Assembly: GCF_009914755.1 (NCBI RefSeq)
Contig: NC_060934.1
Direction: 5' to 3' (one strand)
DNA: 64,000 bases
From: the human T2T-CHM13v2.0 reference genome, Homo sapiens
A program made the translations under genes and the position numbers. This document shows positions 30,796 to 44,863 of this stretch, piece after piece. Below the pieces are notes generated by a model that saw only the letters and a list, made by a program, of their open reading frames with translations, did no database searches and was not told the origin of the DNA. Position 1 is the first letter of the stretch, and every line of letters begins with the position of its first letter.

Positions 30796-31507
30796 TATTT
30801 TCTTTTATTATGGTCATCTGTACCAGTGTGAATTGATATCCCATTGTGGTGTTGACTTGTATTTCCCTGACTAATAATATTGAGCTTCTTTTCAAGTACT
30901 TGTTTGCAACTTTTAAATATTCTTTGGAGAAAGGTTTATTCGGATTCTTTGTTCAATTTAAATTCTGATTGCTTTTGCTCTTCTTGAGTTTAAGAGTTCT
31001 GCTTATATTGTGAGTTCTAATCCCTTATCAGATATATAATTTGCAAATACATTCTTCCATTATGTAGGCTGTTGTTTCACTTTGTTTATAGTTTTCTTTG
31101 ATGCACTAAAAAGTATAATTTTCATAAAGCTCAACATATCTCTTTTTTTCCTTACTTGTGTTTTTGATGTGATTTATAAGAAACCGTCATCAAGTCCTAT
31201 TTATGAAGATTCACCACGGTGTTTGCTTCTAAAAATTGTAGGATTTTAGCTATTATATTTGCCCCTTATATCAATTGTGAGTTGCTTTTTGTGTGTGAAT
31301 TGAAGTAAGGGTCTAAGTTCATTCTTTTGCATGTTGATACCTATTTGTTCCAACACCATTTGTTGAAAAGACAATTATCTCCCCATTGAATGATCTTGGC
31401 AACCTTGACAGAAATTATTGTAGATATATGGGTTTATTTCTGCATACTCAATTATATATATCAATATATGCAATTTTTATGCTAATATCAAACATGATTA
31501 TTGTAGC

Positions 31508-31651
31508 TTTTTTGTTTTTATTTTTCAAAAATTTTTAGAAGTGAGGTTTCGCTATGTTGCCCAGGCTGGTTTCAAATGCCTGGGCTCGAGCAAACCTCTT
31601 GCCTCAGCCTTCCAAAGTACTGGAATTATAGGTGCGAGCCACCACATCTGG
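31508..31651 (-). mobile_element. FLAM / Alu left monomer inside L1
   Basis: Single antisense monomer flanked by tgattattgta on both sides. Confidence 0.85.
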
Positions 31652-32176
31652 TGATTATTGTAACTTTACAGGAAGTTTTGAAATTAGGAAATGTGAGTCT
31701 TCCAACATCATTCTTTTTTCAAGATTGTTTTGGCTATTTGGAGGAAGAAGCTGTTGGAATTGTGACAGAAGAGTGAATTGAATGTGTAGATAACTTTTAG
31801 TAGTACTGCCTTTTTTACAATATTCATCTTACAATCCATGAACACATAATAGCTTTCCATTTATTTGGGTCTTATTTCACTTCTTCTAAAATATTTTGTA
31901 GTTTTGAATTTACATATCTTGTACCACCACAATTATATTTATTCCCAAGTATTTTACTCTGGTGTTATTATAAATGAACTGTTTTCTTTCTTGATAAATG
32001 TATAGAAATATAACTAGATTTTGAATGTTAATCTAGTATTCTAAATCTTTGCTAAATTATTCGCTTAGCTGTAATAGTTTTTTTTGTGTGTGTGGGTCCT
32101 TTAGGATTTTCTATATGTAAGATCATGTCTTCTGCAAAAAGAGGAATTTTACTTCTTCTTTTCCAGTATGGATCCT

Positions 32177-32178
32177 TT

Positions 32179-32229
<51 letters not shown>

Positions 32230-32231
32230 TT
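32177..32231. repeat. (TTTA)n tetranucleotide repeat
   Basis: About 13 perfect units. Confidence 0.95.
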
Positions 32232-34555
32232 GCTTGCCTAATTTCTCTGGCTAGAACCTTCAGTACAACACTGAGCAACAGTAAAGAAAGTGAGATGCTT
32301 CTCTTATTCCTGATCATAGGGAGTCTTTCACCGTTGAATATAACGTTAGCTTTGAGTTATTCATAAATACTCATCATTTTGCAGAAATGTCTCTTTTTCT
32401 ACATTTTTCAGTTTTTTTTTAAATCATAAAAGGAATTTTATCATATACTTTTACTGTGTCAATTGGGACAATTATGTGAGTTTTTTTTTTCTTTCATTCG
32501 GTTAATACGATGTATACCATTGATTGATTTTCACATGTTTAACCACTCTTGCATTCCTGGATAAACCTCATTTTTTCGTGGTGAACAATTCTCTAAATAT
32601 GCTATGGATTCAGTTTGCTAGTGTTATGTTGAAGATTTCTGCATCTATCTTCATAAAGGATATTGGTCTATTGTTTTCTTTCTTTTGTGCTATCTTTTCC
32701 TGACTTTGTTATCAGTAATGCTGATCTTATAGAATGAGTCAGGAAATGCTTTTACTTTTTTTTTAATTTGTTGGAAGAATTTGAAAAGCATTATTGTCAA
32801 ATCTTTTAAATATCTCCAGTATAATTCACTAGTGAAACAATCTGGCTCATTTCTTTGTCGGGAGGTTTTTTATTAATGAATTATTCTCTTTACTCTTTAT
32901 AAGTCTGCTCAAATTTCCAATTTACTTGTGAAATAGTTTTGAAAATCTGTATGTTGTCAGGAATTTATCCATTTTGTCTAGTTTTTCTAATTTGTTGCCA
33001 TACAATTGTTCATTGTATTTTCTCAAAATTCTTTTTATTTTTGTAAATTCAGTAGTAATATTTTCTCTTTCATTTTTGTTTTACTTATTAGTGTCTTATT
33101 TGTAGCCAGTCTAGCTAAATGTTTGTCAATTTTATTGATCATTTTTTTTAGCTCTTTAAAGTATAGAGTTAGGTTATTTATCTGCCATTTTTTAAAAAAT
33201 GAATACATTTATAGCTACATACTATACTCTGAGCACTTCTCAGAGGAATTAAATAATGGTGTAGAGAAAATCTTGAATAATTTTATCAATAAATTTCAAT
33301 CTTTTATTGAACCTCTTTTCAAGGACTGGGGACTTCACATGCGTTTCTTTGCTTTTTCATTTTTTGACTCTTCTCCCCACCTTAGGTGAGACAGGAAGGT
33401 TAGAGATGGGTAATTTTAATGACAGTTATCTCTGTGGTCCTGACTCCATATTATGTAACTTCGAAGGATTCTTATGATTTGCACATGGTTGTCATGAAAC
33501 TGACTCCCAGTTTACTCCTTGCTGTAGTCTGAGTTCCCTGAATCTCAGCTGATAGATGTAAGGCAGACAGAAAATCATCCAGAGAAGTGTCAAAAAAAAA
33601 AAAAATTGGGGAAAGAGAACTTCAGAAAATAAGAAACATTAAAAGTGCCAAATATAATGGAAACATAAAGAAAATCATATTCTAATAGCTTGGTCACTGG
33701 AATGCACATATATAAAAAGAATGTTTTTGAGGGCTTTCAAGAGAGTGTAGTGTTGGATACACAGAAGGTGTTCATACTGCTATTTAGTTTGATGAAATAA
33801 ATGCGTCTTCTTTAAAAAAAATGTTAGATTTGAAGAAATTAGTCTTCTCCACTTTTAAGTGTGAACATTTCCACAGTATTCACTAATTTATCTCTCATTT
33901 CTTCTAAAGTAAAAGAATTAAAAGAAAAACAATGTCTTAAAAAAGCAAATCAAATAGGGCGTAGACAAATAATCCATCATAATTCAAAATAAATGATTGT
34001 TATTTCTTCCATTTAAAAAAAGTTACCAAAAAGTATTTTGAAAGATAGTATCCTGACATTGAAAAATGATTGTGTTCATTTGTTTTCAAATGCGGCATCA
34101 GTTCAATTGAAAATATGCTATGAAACGCTGTGTAAACACAGTCAGAATGTATTTAAATTTTTTTTCAGTACCAATGCTTAAGAATATTAAATTACATTTC
34201 CTACTAGGTTTGGCACATTTCAAAATCTTTACAGATGCCTATACATGTGATCTCATGCCTATACTTTTCATTGTCATAAATCAAAAAGTTAGTGGTACAA
34301 GTAATTTTAGAAAACACCATGATCTATTATAAGTTTTAATTTGTACAGCCCTCATTTAACCTTTGTGTTCATATACTGACTGGATTCAAACTCAAATAAC
34401 AATGAAATTCCTCAATTCTAGGATGTAAAAAGAAGCAAATTCTGTAGCTATTCCCCTAAGGATGCCAGGGTGACAGAGAAGATACGTTATAATTGACATT
34501 AATTGGCGCTCCTGATTTCTGTGTTGTATCTTTATACTAATGTGTGCAGGAGAGC

Positions 34556-36718
34556 TGGATAGTCTGTTTTCACACTGCTGATAAAGACATACCTGAGACT
34601 GGGAAGAAGAACAGGTTTAATTGGACTTACAGTTCCACATGGCTGGGGAGGCCTCAGAATCATGGCAGGAGCCTAAAGGCACTTCTTACATGGCAGCAGC
34701 AAGAGAAAAATGAGGAAGACGCAAAAGCGGAAACCCCTGATAAAACCATGAGAACTCATGAGATTTATTCACTGCCATGAGAACAGTGTGGGGGAAACCA
34801 CCCCCATGATTCAAATGTTCTCCCACTGAGTCCCTCTCACAATGCATGGGAATTATGGAAGTACAATTCAAGATGAGATTTGGGTGGGACACAGAGCCAA
34901 ACCATATCATTCCACCCCTGGCCCTTCCAAATCTCATGTCTTCACATATCAAAGCCAATCATGCCTTTCCAACAGTCCCCCAAAGTCTTAACTCCTTTCG
35001 TCTTTAACCCAAAAGTCAACAGTTTAAAGTTTCATCTGAGACAAAGCAAATCTCTTTCGCCTATGAGCCTGTAAAATCAAAAGCAAGCTAGTTACTTCCC
35101 AGATACAATGGGTGTACAGGTACTGGGTAAATACAGCTATTCCAGATGGGAGACATTGGCCAAAACAAAGGGGTTACAGGGCCTATGCAAGTTCGAAATC
35201 CAGCAAGGAAGTCAAATTTCAGAGCTCCAAAGTGATGCTCTCCTTTGACTCCAGGTCTCACATCCAGGTCACACTAATACAAGAGGTGGGTTCCCATGCT
35301 CTTGGGTATCTCTGCACCTGTGGCTTTGCAGGATACAGCCTCCCTCCAGGCTGCTTTCACCAGCTGGCATTGAGTGTCTGCGGCTTTTCCAGGCGCGTGG
35401 TGCAAGCTGTCTGCGGATCTACTATTCTGGGGTCTGCAGGACGGTGGCATTCTTCTCACAGCTCCACTAGGCAGTGCCCCAGTAGGGACTCTGTGTGGAG
35501 GCCCCAACCTTACATTTCCCTTCCACACTGCCCTAGCAGAGGATCTCCATGAGGGCCCCGCCCCTGTAGCAAACTTGCCTGGGCATCCAGGTGTTTCCAT
35601 ACATCTTCTGAAATCTAGGCGGAGGTTCCCAAACCTCAATTCTTGACCTGTGCACCCACAGGCCCAACATCACGTGGAAGCTGCCAAGACTTGGGGCTTC
35701 CACCATCTGAAGCCACAGCCCGAGCTCTATGTTGGCCCCTTTCAACCACGGCTGGAGTGGCCGGGACACAGGGCACAAACTCCCTAGGCTACACATAGCC
35801 TGGGGACCCTGGGCCTGGCCCACAAAACCACCTTTTCCTCCTGGGCCTGTGGGCCTGTGATAGGAGGGGCTACCATGAAGGTCTCTGACATGGCCTGGAG
35901 ACATTTTCCCCACGGTCTTGAGTATCAATATTAGACTCCTTGCTACTTATGCAAATTTCTGCAGCTGGCTGGAATTTCTCCTCAAAAAATTGATTTTTCT
36001 TTTCTACTGCATCATCAGGCTGCAAATTTTCTGAACTTTTATGCTCTGTTTCCCTTTAAAATGGAATGCTTTTAACAGTACCTGAGTTACCTTGTGAATG
36101 TTTTTTGCTGCTTAGAAATTTCTTCCACCAGATACCCTAAATCAACTCTCTTTGGTCCAAAGTTCCACAAATCTCTAGGACAGCGGCAAAATGTCACCAG
36201 TCTCTTGGCTAAAACATAACAAGAGTCACTATTGCTCCAGTTCCCAACAAGTTCCTTATCTCCATATGAGACCACTTCAGCCTGGACCTTATTGTTCATA
36301 TCACTATTGGCATTTTTGTCAAAGCCATTCAACAAGTCTCTAGGAGGTTCCAAACTTTCCCACATTTTCCTGTCTTCTTCTGAGCCCTCCAAACTGTTCC
36401 AACTTCTGCCTGTTACCCAGTTCCAAAGTCGCTTGCATATTTTCAGGTATCTTCAGCAACGCCCCACTCTAGTGGTATCAGTTTACTGTATTAGTCTGTT
36501 TTTGTGTTGCTGATAAAGACATACCTGAGACTGGGAAGAAAAAGAGGTTTAATTGGATTTACAGTTCTGCATGGCTGGGGAGGCCTCAGAATTATGGCAG
36601 GAGGTAAAAGGCACTTCTTACATGGTGGCAGCAAGAGAAAAATGAGGAAGATGCAAAAGTGGAAAACCCTGATAAAACCATCAGATCTCGTGAGATTTAT
36701 TCACTACCATGAGAACAA
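34556..36718 (-). mobile_element. THE1 (THE1B-like) MaLR: 3' LTR 34556-34909, internal 34910-36486, truncated 5' LTR 36487-36718
   Basis: Two direct LTR copies (~90% identical by eye); reverse-complement PPT ttccacccctgg; MaLR-int ORF remnant MEGSEEDRKMWESLE on the minus strand. Confidence 0.93.
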
Positions 36719-36951
36719 GATGTAGGCTGGGAGGCTAGGCTCATCTCGTCTCTTTGCATTTTTCTGCCTGCTTTATATTCGCTGGTGGCTGATTAGATAA
36801 GATGGTGCCCACTTGATTAAGGGTGGGTCTGCCTTCCTCAACCCACTGACCCAAATGTTAATCTCCTTTGGCAACACCCTCACAGACACACTCAGGATCA
36901 ATATTGCATCCTTCAATCCAATCAAGTTGACACTCAATATTAACCATCACA
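36719..36951 (-). mobile_element. MLT2A (HERV-L) LTR, 5' ~230 bp only
   Basis: gatgtaggctgggaggctagg...ccttcaatccaatcaagttgacactcaatattaaccatcaca. Confidence 0.9.
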
Positions 36952-37759
<808 letters not shown>

Positions 37760-37849
37760 TATTTGAAATCATATTAGATATTATTTTGGTCCTTCTTTTC
37801 TTAATATCTTCAGCTAATAAGCATTTTCCCAGTGCACTTCAATAACATT

Positions 37850-38930
37850 GCCTAACCACAGTTAACATTTTCAAAGGCTATATGCAATTTTATTAAATTG
37901 ATTCATCACAATGTACTTAGCCTTTCTCCTGTCCTTGGAAAGGTAGGCTGTTTCCAAAAGCTGCTGTTATACAGAAAACTACATTTAATATAGTTTTTGT
38001 TTATTAATGTTTCCAATTAATGATTATTTCTCAGTATCATTAAGCAGTTATAAAAATTCTAGGATAGACAAAGAAACATTTTAAAGAGGATACATGTTAT
38101 CAAACTGCTTTATAAAATAATATTCCACTTACCACTCTCAAAATAAGGTCTTATTAACACTTACAAGCCTATGCCATTTTTTTTCTGACTGTTTTAAGCT
38201 GTCTTTCTCTGAGTAGGGAGGCAGGTCATTTTTATGTGTTTGTTTGCTGCTTGTATAACTAACTAAGGAAATCAGAAGTTCATTATCTTTGCTCACTTTT
38301 CAATTAAAGTCAAAGTGTTTGCATCTTCTTGCTGTGTACATACTTTTTATGTAATAAATAATGTATGTCGTTACAATAAATGTATTCCCATCTTTTTGAT
38401 CTGTGGATTTTGACACTATTTTACATATGCAAGTTTTAAATTTTTGTAAAGTGTATCCATCTTTTGCTTTTTAATGTCTTCTATTATTAAATAAAAAGGA
38501 ATCTACCCAAAATGATTTAATCTTTGTTCATTTAGAATACTTTTTTGTTGAAAGATATGACTATAACTTTATTATCATAAATTAATAATTTTCCAAGTAT
38601 TTAGCCAATTGCCTCAATACTAGTTAATATAAATTCCTTTCCTCCTTGATTTGTGCTTTCTCTTTTATCATGTAATAAACTGATACATAATAGGTCTTAT
38701 TTCCTAGCTATCAATTCTGTTTTATTGCTCTGTCACTCTAATTTTATATCAGCTTCATATTATTAAAATTAGTTCTGAGATGGCTAATGCCCCCCCTTCC
38801 ATATTAAAATTCTTTTTGCAAGTCTTATTTGCTTATTGTACCTGATAAGCTTCAGAGTCATTTGGCTGAAGCTCAAAATTAAATTCTATTGAGTTATATA
38901 GTAGAATTAAATTAAATCCATTAATGAACA
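37850..38930 (-). mobile_element. Very old L1ME-like fragments
   Basis: T-rich antisense L1 phrases (tagccaattgcctcaatac, aagcttcagagtcatttggc). Confidence 0.55.
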
Positions 38931-40719
38931 GGAGCTAAAATTTGTCTAAGAGTGGCTTCAATCCAAATTGTGGGAGATAATCTGGATTCATCACATAAGA
39001 AGCAGATATTTATAGTCAAAATCACCCTGATCAGTATTTCTTCACCATTGTGCTCCAAGATTTATAAATATTACTGCTTATCCACGTAATTTAGGATTTC
39101 ATACTTATTAAATGTTGATATTCAGTATCTGAGAATAGCTTGTATGCAGAAATTGTGGAATTTCAGTAGACATTCTATTGGCTAGTGTGGGACATAAGGG
39201 GCAATTAGACACCCAGATTAACTAAAGGATAATAAACACTGAAAGCCTTGCAAAAATATTAATGAATGAATTGCAAGGTTCACAGCCCAAGACTTACTCT
39301 TCCGGTCACAAGATTTTTTACATGTTTCCCCATAGTATGACAATTATAGGAGATTTAACTGAAAATTTGCAAAGAGAGAAAAGACTGTTCCTTCTTTCTG
39401 TATAAATATTGTTAAAAATGTAAATTTCTGAGCTATCTGGAAGTTCCTCTCCTATTTATATTAGTACACTATATTTGAAGACCCTGATCCACAACGTAAT
39501 ATTTGAATTCTATGCCATATTCCAAGTACTTCAAAATTAGACTTGGCACTAGAAACATTATCTTCATAAAATTTATTTGTATTTTTCATGAGAGATTTTA
39601 TTCATACATTCTTTTTTATGCCTGAAAGAATAAAAGTGGCAGTTGCAATAGTTTTCTGCTTTATTTATATTATTATGATCCACTTGATTTCACATAAGAT
39701 ATGAGAAGTCTTGAATAAATTAAGGCAATTTAAGAGAAAAAAATTGATAAGAAAATTAGAATAAAAAAATACAAAAAGAAGAAACAACTAAACATGAGGA
39801 GAAATACATAATTTAGGTATGTTAGCCAATGTTCTACAAAACTAAAGTTGAACTGCAAATCTAGTTTAAACAAAATAGATACATTTTCAGCTATGTGACT
39901 CACTTTATCCATCAGGCTCACACTGCACTGATTTCTCAGAAGAAAAAAAATCATTTCCAAGGCCTTTGTTAAGAAGAAATTTTAGACATGGATCTCATAG
40001 TGGAGCCAAATTAGTGATGTGAAAAATGTTGCTAGCTACATCTTTTTAATAACAGGTGGTATAGATAGTTGCTTGTTAGATTTGATTTTTGCAACAGTCT
40101 TTAATGTCAGTCAATGTGATGGTGCTAAAGTGTAGGTTTATTGTCACAGTTTGAAGTGGGGAGAAAAACAAAGTGGCCAGTGTAGTCAGCCTTTGGTTCA
40201 TTTGGCCTGCATCAAAGAAACTGAAAGAAAATAAGGAGTAGTCCAATTAAAAACTGCAAGTGTCTTTTAAATATATCAGTTCTTTCAACCTGACCTTTAA
40301 CAAAAGTTGAACATCAAACCTTTTGATATTACTATGTTCATTCTGGTTTTATGTAGTTAATGAAAGGGAATGCATATATTTCACAAATTATCTGAGTGAA
40401 TAGTATGGTCTTTGTTCTCTCCGTGAGAGTCAAGGAGCCAATGCCAACTGCTGCTTGTAGGACTAGTTACCCTGCCTCTGAAGAAGCAGGCTGAGGTTTT
40501 CAAAAGAGTGAGCTTGTTTCTCTATTACAATTGTAGTTTTTCTCATGTATTGAAACTCTACTTTCACTACATTTTCTGACTTCTTAATGTGTTTCTAATA
40601 TTGATAACATTTTTGTTTTACATGTTGTTTCACTGGGCAGAGATTTTATCTCAATATTAAAATACAAGTGAGCTTTTTGTTTCTCTTTTATTTCTTTATT
40701 ATCTGAAAATGTTACCTGA

Positions 40720-41036
40720 ATTGTCCTTGAACTATACTGAAATCTCATCTATAATCATACTTCAGTATCTTCTTGTTATCTAGGTCTTTGCTTAAATATC
40801 ACTTCCTGAGACAGAGGTTGATGGACACCTTTGTCTAATGTAACTGTTCACTTACTTTCCATCCTACTGCTGGGTTTTATATTCTTCACAGCACTTTAAT
40901 ATTTCTCCCCCAGCTAGAATGTAAATGACATAAAAGCAGGAACTATTAGAACCTAAAACAGATTCTACCACACAGTAGTGTATCAAGGCATATTGGTAAT
41001 GTCAATGAATTAGACCAAGGTGAATGAATAAATGAA
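40720..41036 (+). mobile_element. L2 3' end
   Basis: gcttaaatatcacttcct...ctagaatgtaaat...gaatgaataaatgaa. Confidence 0.7.
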
Positions 41037-41589
41037 GAAAAATATTAATGTAATTAACCTGTTGACTGCTTAATCATGATATTGAATGGCATGATATTGA
41101 ATAGCACACTAAAATATTTACCTGTCTTGTCTAATAATTATAAGATATCAGTGCTAGATTTTATTAAAATTTCAAGAATCAGATTAGTGCATTATTTATT
41201 TTATCTTATTTCTCAAAGTTATATATTTTACTAATATAACTAGTAAATTATATACTAGTTAGTAATATAACTAGTAAATGCCCTAACATTCCTTGCATAT
41301 TTGGGATAAACCTTACTTAATTATAAGAGGGTCATCTTTACATATACTCTTCACTTCTATATACTATTAGTTCATCAAGGATTTTCAAACTTATACTTCA
41401 CAATTTTTAGTTTATATTAAACATATTTATCTTTAATCATATGCCTTACAAAAACATTAAAGTTTTTCTTTGTTGACCACATTTACCTTTTTATCTTTTT
41501 TTAAGTCTGAAGTGTAAAATGGTCCATGCAAACAATATGACTCTGATATGCTTAAGCAATCAAAAATGTTATTCCTAATTTCCAGGGTG

Positions 41590-41824
41590 AGGCAATGAAA
41601 AGCCAATCTGTAATTGTCTGCTCTTTCTTACCCTGCTGCTAACTACTGAGGAAACTGCTACAGATGGCAGAGCCTCCATCAAGCCAGGTGGACTGAGTAG
41701 CGCAAACTCTCTCTTTACCCGTGTTGGACAGGTAATGTGAGGAAAAGTAAACTACTGTTTTAAGCCACTGAGGTTTGAAGATGGTTTGTTACTGTAGCAT
41801 ATTATAGTCAGACTTGATTAATAG
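41590..41824 (+). mobile_element. Old MLT1 LTR 3' part
   Basis: agatggcagagcctccatc...gttttaagccactgaggtttg...tttgttactgtagcata. Confidence 0.65.
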
Positions 41825-42199
41825 ATGAGGCCTCTAGGGAATTTTCTTTGGGATTTTCTTTGGAAAAATCCAAAGAAAATATTTGCCCTTCTAACTCTCT
41901 TTTAAAATTAAAATAAATTATGAACCAAAAAAATTATTTCTTATATCTATTTGGCTGACATCACAGCTAATATTAGATGATTTATACATATGGAATATTT
42001 TTCTAAAGATGTGTTTTATGTGGATATTTGAATATATAGAAAGCAATTTAAAATCAAATGAAATTATTTCTTAGGCAAAGAAACATGGTATGTATATGTT
42101 TGTAGAGATCTATGTATTTCTGTTTGTTTGTTTTTGCATGTGTCTATTATATACCTGCCAATGTGTCTAAGTACAATTTGGATTATCTGTAACTAAAGG

Positions 42200-42465
42200 T
42201 TCTATGGTCTAAATAATTGCATACCCCACCCCAAATTCATGTGTTGATATCTAACTCCAAATCTGATAGTATTAGTAGCTATAGCCTTTGAAAGGTGATT
42301 AGATCATGAGGGCAGAATCTCCTGACAGAGATTTGTACCCTTGAAAAGAGAGCTAGCTACTTCTTCCGCTATGTGAGGACACAGTTGGAAGTTGACATGT
42401 ATGAGGAAAAAAGCTCTCGCCAAACACAGAGAATGCTGACACCTTGATTGTGAACTTCCCAGAAT
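42200..42465 (+). mobile_element. MLT1A-type LTR, 3'-truncated
   Basis: ctatggtctaaat..ccaaattcatgtgttga..gtgattagatcatgagggc..accttgattgtgaacttcccag. Confidence 0.8.
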
Positions 42466-42984
42466 CCCAGAATTTAGCCTCAATAGAATAAATGGAAAAT
42501 TTAAATAATGGATATTGAGACATAACTAGCACAATTATATAATCCCTAAACTATTATACATAGATCTGTCAACCTTAGATACATTTCTCTTTTTACCAAA
42601 TCTAATGTTGTTTCTTCATATATTTGTGATAATGCTAAGAGGGCCTTAAGGACAAATGACATTTGAGTTATCAACTGGAACAAATTAGCACTCTGCTTTG
42701 GTGTTGGAGGATAAAAGGGCCCTATGACCTTAATGTAAATTATTTATTGGGGCATATTCCGCAGGGTTGTTTTTTTTATCATACACTCTGGTAACACACG
42801 TTTGTAGTGTGTTAATGCTAATAAATTGTATCTAATACTATGACAAAATGCCTAGTATACTCAACTGGGGTAATAAAAATCTTGCATTTTCCTGCCTGAA
42901 GTAATGCTTGTGAAAAAACAAAAATTCTCACTGTGATTCTATGGAGAATCAGCAATTTCTAAAGCCCTAATAAGTCATAACATT

Positions 42985-43110
42985 ATAATGCATATATGTA
43001 TATATATATGAATTACATATAAATATTGCATATATATGTGTATATATACATAAATATTTAATGCACATATATATTACATTATGTATATGCAAATATATAT
43101 ACATATATAT
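42985..43110. repeat. (TA)-rich low-complexity tract
   Basis: Direct reading. Confidence 0.85.
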
Positions 43111-43248
43111 TTACCTGTTCTTATTGATGGGGTTTACCATAAAACAAAATTAAAATTTTTCTTTGAACACTGCAATTTAGAAATATTTTTTATTGAACAT
43201 TGACTTTATGTTCAGTGAAAATGTCAACTGAGAAAGTTTAAACAGCAA

Positions 43249-43652
43249 TGATATAGCTTGGCTTTGTGTCCCCACCAAACGCTCATCTCAAATTGTAATC
43301 TCCACGTTCTGAGGGAGGGACTTGTAATTCCTACATGTCCAGAAAGGGAAGTGATTCTGAGGGAAGGAAGTGATTGGATTATGGGGGAAGTCTCCCCAAC
43401 ACTGTTCTCATGATAGTGAGTGAATTCTCACGATGTCTGATGCTTTTATAATTGGTAGTTTTTCCTGCACTCACACATGCTCTCTCTCAACTGCCACCAG
43501 GTAAGATGTGCCTGCTTCCCCTTCTGCCATGATTGTAAGTTTCCTGAAGCTTCCCCAGACATGTGGAACTGTGAGTCAATTAAGTCTCTTTTCTTTATAA
43601 ATTTCTCAGTCTCAGATATTTCTTTACAGCAGTGTGAAAACAGGCTAACACA
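43249..43652 (+). mobile_element. THE1D-type solo LTR
   Basis: tgatatag...ctaacaca termini; TSD agcaa/agcag. Confidence 0.88.
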
Positions 43653-44725
43653 AGCAGTTATTTTGCTACCATCTACTGAATCTTATAACGTATTATATGA
43701 AAACACAGGGAATTGAAGTGATGCAGGAAATACTGGAAATCTGCCTGCCTGCTGCTACTTCTCCCTGTAGCATTGGAAAAACAAGTTAACTTCTTTGCTT
43801 CCATTTCATCCTCCACTTACGTGACAGGAAGAAGATTACCTGCTATTTCTAAAGAACTTTGAAGCTAAAAGCTAGTGTGTAACCAGAAAAAGTGCTTTAA
43901 TTAGATTTCAAATGATTCAAGCATAGTCCAGTGTAAAACAACTCCCAAACACCTGGTCTCCTCAAATGAATGTTTTTCTACAGGACATAAGTGTATTTGA
44001 ATTCCTTTGGGAAGTATATGCTTCATGAACCTATTTTAAGAGTTTTACTCTATTAAATACATTCATTCAAATCTTATACATCTATGTTTTAAGCTGATTG
44101 GACTTCCCTTTCTTTCATTGTCTCACCACGGAAAAAATAAATTCATAAAAGCATAGACTAAGTAAAATAGCTGACAAAACTGGGAAAGAGCTGAACAATT
44201 AAAATGCATATTTCAGTTAGCCCTAAGTTGCTTCCTACCTGTGAGGAGAACTATAAGTAAAAATAACTTACACAGTAAAATCTTTGAACTGTGAAATGGC
44301 TTACTAAATGTGAACGGAGACACACTGTAACATTTACAGATTAAATTTCTCAAAAATCATTATTTCACGTTCTTCTGTATGCAGCACATTAGCTCCTCAA
44401 AGTTTTCAAGTTTCCAGTTTTAAAAGTTCAAAAGTAAATTAAAGTTTGTGGGATGTTTGTGTTATTCTAAGGCAATTTTATCTTGGCTATTGTAAGACTG
44501 GTGAGCAATTGGGAAATGGTTTCTTCCGAATGTTGGAAAATAATATATATTTATGATTGTCTTACAGGATCCATAATAACTTTTCTTTTTAATGGAAAAA
44601 TTAGTTCAGTTCAGATTTATTTATGTACTAAAATGTATGTCAATACTTCTAACCATTATACTAGAAAAACAGAGTTTTTTTCTGTAAAAATATAGCTTCG
44701 TCCTTTTGTTTAATACCTGAACCAG

Positions 44726-44863
44726 GGCTGGCCACAGTGGCTCATGCCTGTAATCCTAGCGCTTTGGGAGGTTGAGGTGGGAGGACTGCTTGAGCTGAGG
44801 AGTTTGAGACCAGGTCTGGACAACATAGTAAGATCCAGTCTCTATAAAAATGTTTTAAAAAAA
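44726..44863 (+). mobile_element. FLAM / Alu left monomer
   Basis: Single monomer; flanking tacctgaa repeats. Confidence 0.85.

Larger units (their letters stand above)
29885..33235 (-). mobile_element. L1MB-type LINE-1 (3'UTR plus ORF2 part), two Alu insertions
   Basis: Continuous antisense L1 phrases (aaactgccaaactattttccacagtggctg, caacaccatttgttgaaaagac, aggattttctatatgtaagatcatgtc). Confidence 0.9.

Noticed and set aside
34544-36725. Many overlapping 64-146 aa ORFs
   Set aside because: Fragments of THE1 LTR/internal sequence; the MaLR ORF remnant is disrupted
41075-41104. 15-bp tandem duplication catgatattgaat(g/a)g
   Set aside because: Ordinary slippage duplication
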